Of a stretch of 45,567 bases of DNA, positions 8,848 through 17,900 are shown in pieces. A program made the translations under genes and the position numbers. Each line of letters begins with the position of its first letter. Positions within the stretch are counted from its first letter, which is position 1. The notes under the pieces are model-generated. The model saw only the letters and a list, made by a program, of their open reading frames with translations. It was not told the origin of the DNA and made no database searches. The stretch comes from a virus (lineage: Duplodnaviria; Caudoviricetes): positions 1-45,567 of the IMG/VR virus record IMGVR_UViG_3300037590_000052; one strand, given 5' to 3'.

Positions 8848-9881
8848 AAAAACCTATCGTAGTTGTCGGCGGCTTTATGTCTCGTAAAGAGTACAACAAC
8901 GGCGATGTCTGGTCAGACGGTAACGCATTCAACTTCAAAAAGAATATGCGCGCCGCTGGTCTTTCCCCCTCCGATGCCTTCTTTACGAACGTGTTCAACA
9001 TGCTGCCTCCCGGTAAGATTTCCCCCTTTACTTTCTTCGGGGGCAAGCGGGAAGGAGTCCCGCACCTCAAGCCCATCAAAAAAGGCAAGTACCTCAAGAA
9101 AGAGTTCATGCCAGAGCTCGAACGCCTATGGGCACAGATCGAGGGCTATGACCCCAACCTTGTAATCGCTTGCGGCGAGCTTGCAACGTGGGCTGTATGC
9201 ACCGGTGACAATATGATCGAGGCATCCCGTGGCCGTGTGACCGAAGGCAACGCTGCAATCTCCCGACGTAAAGTACTCCCCGTCTACGAACAGTCCACCA
9301 TGTTTGGCGACTACGGTATGGAGACCATCCAGCGCTTCGACCTTATCAAAGCCTTGCGTGAGTCGCAGTCGAAGGAGTTCACCCGTCCTCGTCGCTTTCT
9401 TCACATCGAGCCTACGCTTGAGGACCTCGAGGATTTCTACCAAGAATATATCGTACCCTCGGACTACCTCTCTTCCGACATCGAGACCAAGGGCGATATG
9501 ATTACCTGCATTTCCTTTGCGCCCAGCGAGGACCGCGCACTGGTCGTCCCCTTCTTCTCCGAGGAAACCCCCGACGGAAACTATTGGCGCACCTATCGCG
9601 AAGAGTATCTCGCATGGATATTCTGCCGCAAACTCCTTACCGCAGGTAAGCGTGTCGCCGGGCAAAACTACCAGTTCGACATGCAGCATGAGCTCCGCAG
9701 CATGGCGATCCCAAACCCTGACGTGACGGATGACACAATGCTCCTTCACCACGTCCTGCACCCGGAGCTCAAGAAAGGTCTTGGCTTTCTTGCCTCGATC
9801 TACACCGACGAAATCCAGTGGAAAGGAATGCACAAGATTTCTTCCACCGATAAAAACGCTAAAAAGGGAGAGGCCGAATGA
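8844..9881 (+). CDS. N-terminal half of split PolA: degenerate uracil-DNA-glycosylase-fold domain plus 3'-5' exonuclease ExoI/ExoII
   Basis: UDG4-like FFTNV...PP and PNLVIACGELA; exonuclease SDIETK, GQNYQFDM, DDTMLLHH; no ExoIII. Confidence 0.8.
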   Translation: MKKPIVVVGGFMSRKEYNNGDVWSDGNAFNFKKNMRAAGLSPSDAFFTNVFNMLPPGKISPFTFFGGKREGVPHLKPIKKGKYLKKEFMPELERLWAQIEGYDPNLVIACGELATWAVCTGDNMIEASRGRVTEGNAAISRRKVLPVYEQSTMFGDYGMETIQRFDLIKALRESQSKEFTRPRRFLHIEPTLEDLEDFYQEYIVPSDYLSSDIETKGDMITCISFAPSEDRALVVPFFSEETPDGNYWRTYREEYLAWIFCRKLLTAGKRVAGQNYQFDMQHELRSMAIPNPDVTDDTMLLHHVLHPELKKGLGFLASIYTDEIQWKGMHKISSTDKNAKKGEAE

Positions 9882-10156
9882 TTATCGGAAAGCTTACCAC
9901 TGACGTACTCCAAGACCACCAAGGAGCATTCGACAAAGCGGGGGCTATTGGCGAGTTCAACCTCGACGTGAAAATCCCATCCCACGTTTTCAACGCCGCC
10001 TCAGACAAGAAGGCGATTACCCGATCCACCATCGCACAGCATCTCGCATCCGCCTGCGCGGACACTGAGGTGCCCGCAGAGATTTGGGTATTCCAACCAA
10101 CCCCGCAGTTCCAGAAGATGTTCGGCTGGCCGGAAGCAATGAGGATGGGAAAATGA
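9878..10156 (+). CDS. Hypothetical protein
   Basis: ATGA coupling; 92 aa. Confidence 0.7.
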   Translation: MIIGKLTTDVLQDHQGAFDKAGAIGEFNLDVKIPSHVFNAASDKKAITRSTIAQHLASACADTEVPAEIWVFQPTPQFQKMFGWPEAMRMGK

Positions 10157-10419
10157 TTGGACCAAAGCCACTGCGCGCAATGCTAATCGGAGGCGGAGAG
10201 GACGCCGGTAAATTTGTCGAGATCAGAAGCCCGGAAACCTTCGCCTACAACTTCGTCTTTTACACCCCGATCATACTGCACCCGGAAAACTCAGCCCCAT
10301 TTGTCTTTGCGGTAGATGATAGGGAGCACGGGAAGGATCACAACAAAGCGTTGAACTATCTTCTTTCCGAGCTCCAAATCGCCTACGCCGCTCAACACCA
10401 GCCACTGGAAGTATCATGA
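10153..10419 (+). CDS. Hypothetical protein
   Basis: ATGA coupling at 10153; 88 aa. Confidence 0.65.
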   Translation: MIGPKPLRAMLIGGGEDAGKFVEIRSPETFAYNFVFYTPIILHPENSAPFVFAVDDREHGKDHNKALNYLLSELQIAYAAQHQPLEVS

Positions 10420-10766
10420 TCTACCTCGCATCGCCTTATTCCCATCCGAACCCTGCGGTCGTTCAGCAGCGCTTTGAGAAAACCCGCAAGGTAACAGCCG
10501 ACCTCATGCTTCGTGGGGTTCCAGTGTTCTCTCCCATCGTACACTGCCACGAGATCGCCAACCTTTACGAGATGCCAACCGACGCCGCGTATTGGGAAAC
10601 CTACAACACAGCCTTCCTCCGCAAGTCGGACATGATGTACGTCCTTACCCTCGACGGGTGGAAGGAGTCTCTTGGCGTCACGCAAGAAATCGGCCTTGCC
10701 AAAACCCTGCGCCTCACTATCGTTAAAGTAAATGAGCGCGGGCTTACGTCTTTCGAGGAGGTGTAA
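10416..10766 (+). CDS. DUF1937-like nucleoside 2-deoxyribosyltransferase-superfamily protein
   Basis: IYLASPYSH, FSPIVHCH, GWKESLGVTQEI motifs. Confidence 0.8.
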   Translation: MIYLASPYSHPNPAVVQQRFEKTRKVTADLMLRGVPVFSPIVHCHEIANLYEMPTDAAYWETYNTAFLRKSDMMYVLTLDGWKESLGVTQEIGLAKTLRLTIVKVNERGLTSFEEV

Positions 10767-10769
10767 CTG

Positions 10770-12308
10770 ATGAAAGTACTCGACACATCCGAGTTCATCT
10801 ACCAAGAGCAGCTCGACGCTCTTTCCGAGAACCACGCCTATTGGTTCTACTCCGGCATGGACTCGTGCATCACCGAGGAAATCCGGCACAAGCTTATCGC
10901 CCAGCTTGACGAAGTAACTCGGCCCATGTACGAGCACACCATGCGGATGCAGGCCCCGATCCTTGAGATGATGTTGCGCGGCGTTCGCGTAAGTGAGGAA
11001 CACCGCCGCCGCGCTATCGTTGAAACGGAAAAAGAACTCCGCTTCCTCGAGGAAGGCTTCACCCGTATTTGCGTCGAGGGCCTTGGCCTTAAAGCAATGG
11101 TAAACCCCGGCTCCCACGTACAGGTCAAAGCCCTCTTCTACGACATCCTCGGCCTGAAAGAAATCAAGAAGCGCAACAACCAAGGAGTCTACGCCCGCGC
11201 CTCCGATCGCGACACCCTTGAGAAACTTTCGCAATACTTCATCGCCCAGCCGTTCGTCAACTACATCCTTGCCATGCGGGACAAGCGGAAAGTCCTCGGC
11301 TTTCTCAAAACCCCGATCGACGAGGACGGTCGTATGCGGTGCAGCTTCGGCCTTGCTGGGACCAAGACAGGGCGACTTAACTCGTCCTTCTCCGACTTCG
11401 GCACAGGCACCAACCTGCAAAACATCGACAAGAACCTCAAATATATCTTCGTCGCAGACCCCGGCAAAGTCTTTGTCAACATCGACCTCGAACAAGCCGA
11501 CTCCCGTAACGTCGGAGCGTTGTGTTGGGAAATCTTCTACGATGAGTATGGCGAAGATTTCGCTGGCTCTTACCTCAACGCTTGTGAGTCAGGCGACCTT
11601 CACACCACTGTATGCCGCATGGCCTGGCCGAACCTTGGATGGGACAACCCTGCCGATTACCGTTCTGTCGCAGACCAAATCGCCTATCGCACATACTCAT
11701 TCCGAGACATGTCGAAGAAACTTGGCCACGGCAGTAACTACTACGGCCAGCCCCCGACCATGGCGATGCATGCGAAACTTCCTGTCCGCCAAGTCCAGGA
11801 TTTCCAAGACGCTTACTTCGGCGCTTTCCCTTGTATTCCTGAGTGGCACAAGTGGACTATCGACAAACTCCAAACCACGCGCATCCTAACCCACCTCTTC
11901 GGACGCCGCCGCACTTTCTTCGGGGACGTGAAAGACCAGAACGTCATCAACGCCGCCATTGCCTATTCCCCACAGGGCATGACGGGAGAGGAAATCAACC
12001 GAGGCATCCTAAATCTTTGGTACGATCCGCGCTTTGAGTTGATGGTCCAGGTCCACGACTCAATCCTTTTCCAGGTGGACTACAAAGACGTGAACACGCT
12101 CGTCCCCTTGGCGCTGCAGAAGATGGAGGTGCACCGCCGCCTTAAAGGGGGCAGGGATTTCTACGTCCCGCTTGAAGCCGAGGTTGGTTTTAATTGGGGC
12201 AAGGCAAAGGAGTCAAACCCCCACGGCATGAAAACGTGGAGCGGTGAAGAAACTCGAAAGCCACCAAAACAACTGATGCAAAAACGCATTGGGCTATTCG
12301 ACATGTAA
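10770..12308 (+). CDS. polA: Family A DNA polymerase, C-terminal half (ExoIII plus polymerase domain)
   Basis: YSGMD (ExoIII), GTKTGRLNS, NLQNI, motif A DLEQADSR, motif B RDMSKKLGHGSNYYG, motif C QVHDS. Confidence 0.92.
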   Translation: MKVLDTSEFIYQEQLDALSENHAYWFYSGMDSCITEEIRHKLIAQLDEVTRPMYEHTMRMQAPILEMMLRGVRVSEEHRRRAIVETEKELRFLEEGFTRICVEGLGLKAMVNPGSHVQVKALFYDILGLKEIKKRNNQGVYARASDRDTLEKLSQYFIAQPFVNYILAMRDKRKVLGFLKTPIDEDGRMRCSFGLAGTKTGRLNSSFSDFGTGTNLQNIDKNLKYIFVADPGKVFVNIDLEQADSRNVGALCWEIFYDEYGEDFAGSYLNACESGDLHTTVCRMAWPNLGWDNPADYRSVADQIAYRTYSFRDMSKKLGHGSNYYGQPPTMAMHAKLPVRQVQDFQDAYFGAFPCIPEWHKWTIDKLQTTRILTHLFGRRRTFFGDVKDQNVINAAIAYSPQGMTGEEINRGILNLWYDPRFELMVQVHDSILFQVDYKDVNTLVPLALQKMEVHRRLKGGRDFYVPLEAEVGFNWGKAKESNPHGMKTWSGEETRKPPKQLMQKRIGLFDM

Positions 12309-12318
12309 AGGCAGGGAC

Positions 12319-13515
12319 ATGCAAAGAAAACTAGACAACTGGATCGACGGGTTTATGGAAATGACAGCCGGACTCCCGTCGCCCGAGTTGTTCAGAAAAT
12401 GGAGCGCGATCAGTGCTATCGCCGGGGCTCTCGAACGTAAAGTTTGGGTGCACACTCTCGGCCAAAATCTTTATCCCACTATGTATGTTATCCTCGTCGC
12501 ACCGCCAGGTGTTGGTAAGTCAGTCGTCACCTCGAAGGTCGGCAAGCTATGGGGCGCAATCCCTGACCAACACCTCGCAAGTTCTTCTGTAACCAAAGCC
12601 AGCCTCATCGACGACCTCCGCGATGCCACAAGGGAGATCGTTCGTCCGAGTTCCACACCGCCTTCGGACAAGTTCAACTCTCTTAAAATCTTGAGCAACG
12701 AGCTTGGGGTTTTGATCCCGTCATATGACAACGAGTTCATGAACGTACTCACAGACATTTACGACGGGTACGGGTATTCCGAGCGCCGCCGGTCCAAAGA
12801 ACTTAACTTCGAACTTAAAGCACCGCAGTTTTCTTTGCTCGCGGCAACCACACCAAACTACCTAAGCAACATCCTGCCCGAAGGCGCTTGGGAGCAAGGT
12901 TTCTTGTCGCGTACCATTCTAGTCTACTCGGGGCTTACAGTTCTAGTCGATCCATTCTCTACCGGGAAGGTCGATGAAAAACAGGCAAAGGCACTCCAGA
13001 CCGACCTCAACCGAATTGCCCTTATGTATGGGGAGATCACCTTCACCGAAGAGGCCAAAGCCGCCTTGACCGAATGGCATCTTGCAGGGGGGCCGCCTGC
13101 CCCGGACCACCCCAAGCTGCTTAACTACCGCACACGCCGTACCTTGCACCTGCTAAAACTTTGCATGGTGGCGAGTGTGGCCGACTCAGAAAGCTACGAG
13201 ATAACCTTTGACCATTACCAAACCGCGTTGGACTGGTTGATCGAGGTTGAACACTACATCCCCGACATCTTCAAGTCGATGGCAACTGGCGGGGATATGA
13301 AAGCAATGGAGGACACTTGGTACTTTGTATATAAAATGTACCTCAAAGACAACGATCCAATTCCCGAGGCCAAGGTATTCCGGTTCTTGCAAGAACGAGT
13401 ACCCGCCCACGCTGTCGAAAACATCATGACCATCATGGTAAAGTCAGGGCTGCTTAAAGAAAAGCAAGTCAATAAAATCGGGAGATGTTTTATCCCAATG
13501 GAAAGGGGGGCCTAA
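12319..13515 (+). CDS. MCM-like/DUF3987-type AAA+ ATPase, probable replicative helicase
   Basis: Walker A APPGVGKS, Walker B-like KILSNE, LLAATTP sensor, GFLSR arginine finger, C-terminal winged-helix-like region. Confidence 0.7.
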   Translation: MQRKLDNWIDGFMEMTAGLPSPELFRKWSAISAIAGALERKVWVHTLGQNLYPTMYVILVAPPGVGKSVVTSKVGKLWGAIPDQHLASSSVTKASLIDDLRDATREIVRPSSTPPSDKFNSLKILSNELGVLIPSYDNEFMNVLTDIYDGYGYSERRRSKELNFELKAPQFSLLAATTPNYLSNILPEGAWEQGFLSRTILVYSGLTVLVDPFSTGKVDEKQAKALQTDLNRIALMYGEITFTEEAKAALTEWHLAGGPPAPDHPKLLNYRTRRTLHLLKLCMVASVADSESYEITFDHYQTALDWLIEVEHYIPDIFKSMATGGDMKAMEDTWYFVYKMYLKDNDPIPEAKVFRFLQERVPAHAVENIMTIMVKSGLLKEKQVNKIGRCFIPMERGA

Positions 13516-13796
13516 ACCCCCCTCGCCTTTCTACCGTTTAGGAACTCAACCTTATCCCTACAGAGAGTAAGGTTGGTCCTATCCTTTCGCCAGTACGCCT
13601 CGACCTCTCTATCGTTAAGCCAGCGTTCCGGCAGTTGTTGCGGACCTTCGCAGGGGTCAGTCGAGCGTCTGTTGATTAAGTCGCCGCACCCGACTAGGCC
13701 CGAGGCACTGCTGAACAACAACAGGCTCAATATCACCCGCCGCAGCCAGCTCCGCTTCCAAGCGTCGCGTTTCTTTTTCAAGCGCGAGTCTTTCAT
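13512..13796 (-). CDS. o-spanin (Rz1-like lipoprotein)
   Basis: AGGAGG RBS before ATG 13796; basic N-region, hydrophobic core, lipobox LVGC; overlaps the i-spanin in another frame. Confidence 0.8.
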   Translation of the reverse strand: MKDSRLKKKRDAWKRSWLRRVILSLLLFSSASGLVGCGDLINRRSTDPCEGPQQLPERWLNDREVEAYWRKDRTNLTLCRDKVEFLNGRKARGV

Positions 13797-13935
13797 TGTC
13801 GGCCTCCTTCCCCTTTTCGATTTCCGCCAATATAGCGGCCTTAGCGGCGTTCGAGGCGCGGGTGTATCCCATATAATACCCGGCCCCAACACAAGCCCCC
13901 ACAACCGCTAATATCAAGGCATAGCGGGGGATCAT
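13657..13935 (-). CDS. i-spanin (Rz-like)
   Basis: N-terminal TM plus coiled coil; downstream of the endolysin. Confidence 0.8.
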   Translation of the reverse strand: MIPRYALILAVVGACVGAGYYMGYTRASNAAKAAILAEIEKGKEADNERLALEKETRRLEAELAAAGDIEPVVVQQCLGPSRVRRLNQQTLD

Positions 13936-14489
13936 GCCTTAATCGCAAGCGCAGCCGCCCGCGCCCCTTCATAGATAGCCTCGGCCAGCTGATCCTTACG
14001 CGCATCCGCCACCGTGCAGAAGCGATCATTGCCCGCGAAGTAGGGTTCAGTCATGATCGCCGGGGCACGTCCCGCCCATAGGCTAAGTCCCCCACGAGCA
14101 TTCCGGCCCCGTGCTTCGATGCCATCGTTCTCATTGCCCATCACTTCCAGCACCCGCTTGTGCACCTCACGTGCGAGGATGCGCGAACCCTTTGTCCCAC
14201 TGGTGAGGGTAAGACATCCTTCCGCCAGTCGGTTGGGCGACCCGTTGAAGTGGAGTTCCACCGAGACATCAGCGCCCCAGGCATCGACCTCGGCGTAAGC
14301 CCGGCGCACCTCAGTCGAGTACCCCCCGGTTGTCCGGTAGAAAATCTTCACATTCTCCGGGTCGAGTTCTTGGATCAAGGCGGCGAGGTGCGAGTTCCAA
14401 ACGTACTCGCTAACCCCATCCAGCTTCCGTACCGCACCTTGCGCCCGAGCGTTATGCCCGACAACAATAGCAATCTTAGGCTCAGTCAT
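13932..14489 (-). CDS. Endolysin, N-acetylmuramoyl-L-alanine amidase (Amidase_3)
   Basis: Zn ligand pattern VVGHN...GVSE...ELHFN...TEP; AGGAGG RBS. Confidence 0.88.
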   Translation of the reverse strand: MTEPKIAIVVGHNARAQGAVRKLDGVSEYVWNSHLAALIQELDPENVKIFYRTTGGYSTEVRRAYAEVDAWGADVSVELHFNGSPNRLAEGCLTLTSGTKGSRILAREVHKRVLEVMGNENDGIEARGRNARGGLSLWAGRAPAIMTEPYFAGNDRFCTVADARKDQLAEAIYEGARAAALAIKA

Positions 14490-14498
14490 GATACCCTC

Positions 14499-14888
14499 CT
14501 ATCGGCAGTCGTCATTGGCGGGAAAAATTCTGTCGATGATCTTCCCACTGATAGTGTCGCTTCTGGATTGAATACCATCCATAACGCGGATGAAAATATT
14601 CAACATCCAGCTCGAAGCACCGCCCGCGACTGCCATGAGCAACTGCGGGGGCATCCCCCAATACGAAAATCTTTCCGTGGAGAGGAGCATAAGGATCGCC
14701 GCAATTCCAGCGGTAAGCATGATCCCTGTCAGCTTCTTTGTACTTTTCCGGTGGCGTGCGACAAGGCTCCCCGCAGCGAGTGCGAGAAACATCCCTCCGA
14801 AAAAGACATGTGGCGCAAGGCTGATACCAAGGCCCGCGAGGGCCAAGGTAACATAATCACGCGCGAGGTCTACTGTAAAATGCCGCAT
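14499..14888 (-). CDS. Putative holin
   Basis: Multi-TM 129-aa protein immediately upstream of the endolysin. Confidence 0.65.
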   Translation of the reverse strand: MRHFTVDLARDYVTLALAGLGISLAPHVFFGGMFLALAAGSLVARHRKSTKKLTGIMLTAGIAAILMLLSTERFSYWGMPPQLLMAVAGGASSWMLNIFIRVMDGIQSRSDTISGKIIDRIFPANDDCR

Positions 14889-14901
14889 TAGTTTTCCTTA
14901 C

Positions 14902-17900
14902 TTAGTTCGCTTGGTAGTGTAGCAGTTTCCATTTCGTGCCCGAGCGTATGAACGCGATGGTGGAATGCTGGTTGCTCAAAACCCGATCAACGCCGCACTC
15001 GATGTTGTTCACCCCGGTCTTGAAGGTGATGTTGGCACTGCTGCTGGTACGCGTGAACATCAGAACGGTCCCGCTCTCCGCGTTGGTCGCGTCGATGACG
15101 TTCACATCCTGCGGTGTGCCGACTTCAAGGACGTGATACTGGCTGTCAGGCGCGGCGGAAAGCGCACCACCCGACACGCTAAGGTCAGCGCCGCGCGATC
15201 CGATGTTCCAGCTTTTCAGTTTCAGATTGCCCGCGACGTTGGCGTTGCCCGTGATCTCAGCATTGCCCACGCTGTCGATCCGGAAAAGCTGGGTGTTGTT
15301 CCGCCACAACTCGAACTCGAAGGATACGCGAACCCCCATGCCGTTGTAATTTTTAATGTCTGCGTCGGTGTCCGCAGTGTTTGCTCCCGCAGTTCGTGTG
15401 GAAAGCCAGACCACAGGATCGTTATCGACAGCGTTACCAAGCGAGACAATCATTGCCCGCCCGAACTGCCGCCCTCCGTCCGCCGTGTCGCCGCGTGGCG
15501 TGTCGAACCTGATCCCTGCATTGTAGTAGTTCGGCCCCTGCCGGTAGGAACTCAGGCGAAGTTCAGCCTCAGAGTTTTCGTCCTCAATCCGGGCAAAATC
15601 GAAGAAGGCAGTTTGAACGTGTGCCTCTTCCCACTTTGAACCGGCAGTGCCGATACGGCTATCAGCGGTATTTACCGGCAAGATGCGACCCTGCCCGTTG
15701 ATCTCAACAACACGCGCCTCGCCCGCCATGAAGTACAGGTTGCCGCTCTCGGTCGAGATACCGTTGTTGTTGTTTCCGATGTAGAAGTTGAACGGCGCAC
15801 CGTCATTCGCAAAGCGCCAGCTATCCCCGTCTGTCTCGATGCGGGAAGTGATGCCGCCGACAGTGTATTCACGAATAAAGACACCGCCAGGGCGATAGTT
15901 CACCTCGTCAGGCGTGTCCGTGTCGTCGCGCGGATACAGATTGTATTCCAGCCGCTTCTTGTTCACCTCATATGAGGACGAACGCGCCTGCACGTCGCCA
16001 TATTCAGTCCGCACCATGGAACCCGGCAACCAATCGCGGTTAGTGTTGCCCGAATAGGTAGCCGTGATGATGACATAGTCACCCCGGTTCAGAGGGAAGG
16101 CCACGGTTCCGCCAGCGCCGCGAAGCACAATCGAGTTGTCCGTCAATACGTCCATGTCCTGCGCGACGATATACAGGTCATTGACGCTTGCGCTTGTCGG
16201 AACCTTGTTGGTCGCAAGTGCTGCGGGAATTCCCCGAGCGTCACGACCCGCAGCGTCAAACGTCAGGAACGTGTCAAAATTCAGCGTCCCGACCCCGCCC
16301 GTCGGCTGGTTCAGCTTGTTCCATTCAGTGTAATCGCCGCCGAAGTCGGAATAGCCAGCACGCGGGAAGACTCCAACAGTCATGCCTGGGACCGCGCCAA
16401 TGATGCCAGAACTCGGGTTGCCGGAGCCGTCCGCATAGATGCGGCAGCGAGGATCGACCACTACCACACGGTCAGCATCATTTCCGCTGTCATTCGGAAA
16501 CTTGTTGGTGCCGCCAGAGATGAAGGAACACCCTGGCGCGAAGCGGATGCTATCGCCGTAAAGCTGGATCGTACCCGCGTCGAAATCCGCCCCGATCACA
16601 TATGCCGCATTGGACTTGTTGAAGCATTCGAGGTCAATCGGCCCCCCTTTCTCCACGTTGTCGAAGCGGGGGCTGGATGCGTTGCCGCCAAAGCCCTGCA
16701 TGAAGTGAAGGCCGTAGAGATAAACATCGCCAGTGCCGCTGGACGTCTCTGTGAAGTTGGCCTCGCTGGACAGGCCGTCGTAGTATTTGTCCTCACCATA
16801 TGCGTCCCGGTTCGGGTACTGATCCATCAGCAGAACGGCGCAGCGGCTCCAACCCCAATGACCGCCCCACAGTCGGTGGTCCTTCTGCATGGCGATGTAG
16901 CAGTTGCCCGTATAGTTGTTCTGGTTCGTGTTGCCCCCGGAGGCCATGCGACCGCCAAAGTCGTTGCTGTCCTCGCTCCCAAGCAACCACTGCTTCACAT
17001 TGTTCCAGCGGACAACGAGCGCGTTGTTGGACCGGCTCAGGGTGAGGTGCCCATAGTCACGGAAGTGATAGAGGTCTTGACCTCGACATGTTGTACCACC
17101 CGCGCCCTGATAACGGATGCCAGAACACAGGAAGTTGCAGTCGATCTCCCCGAAGATGAGTTGCGACCGCCGACAGCGCACGTTCAACAAGGGCAGCGCG
17201 GGAGTCGAAGCACTGGTAGTGACCGGAACGCCTCCACTGACAAAGGTTCCACCGAAGTGACTTTCCAGCCCGCCCCCGGTTGTCGCCGTGATGCGCCCCG
17301 TGATGTAAACATCAACCTCGCAGTTGTTGTCGCTCGACTTGCGCAGTTGCAGAGTCTCGCTCGACAAGAAATCCGCGTCACAGGTGAAAAGCATGTTGGT
17401 TTGCGGGTCGGAGCGGCTGTCCCGCGAAAGGTCCGCTGCGAAGGCAAACGCTGCGTTGAACTCCGCGGCCCGATCGACAGGAACACCGTTCGCCGGGAGC
17501 GTACAGCCCCACCACTCCGCCTTGATCCCCTGCGAGTAGAGCAGCTTGGCTTGCCCGGAGATGCCAGTCAAATCATGGAACGATCCGCCATCATCGGTTC
17601 CAGTCGCCGCCACTACAATCTCGTAAGTTGCACCCCCACCGTCTGCCGCGTGCTCGTATCCCCGAGTCGATACAACATCCCCGATCACAACTGCAGTAGA
17701 CGCCTTCATGTCCGCCACAGTTTCAAACGTGAACTTGGTCGCCGCTGCTGCCGCTGTTGCCGAAGCCTCAGCCTGTTGTGCATCAAAGGCGCTAATGGCT
17801 GCTGCCGCCGCATCGGAGTTTGCATCGCTTGCCGAACTCGCTGCGGAGATAGCTGCCGAAGATGCAGTGTTTGCGTGGTTGAGTGCCGCTGCCTCAGACG

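Noticed and set aside
10416-10766. NDT-like gene as proof of a hypermodified-base pathway (dZ, 7-deazaguanine, hmU)
   Set aside because: No purZ, queuosine-pathway, dpdA or thymidylate-synthase-like genes were recognised
9882-10769. Intron or intein interrupting polA
   Set aside because: The gap is filled by three translationally coupled ORFs with no homing endonuclease or splice motifs, and the downstream half has its own GGAGG RBS
11546-11552. Isolated GTATGGC in polA, and ATATGGC/GCCATAT at about 15997, 19195, 21982 and 24978
   Set aside because: No partner half-site at 19-nt spacing and no flanking consensus; consistent with chance 7-mers
14902-15300. BPP-1-type diversity-generating retroelement, given the BPP-1-like head genes
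   Set aside because: No reverse transcriptase ORF and no TR/VR repeat pair seen
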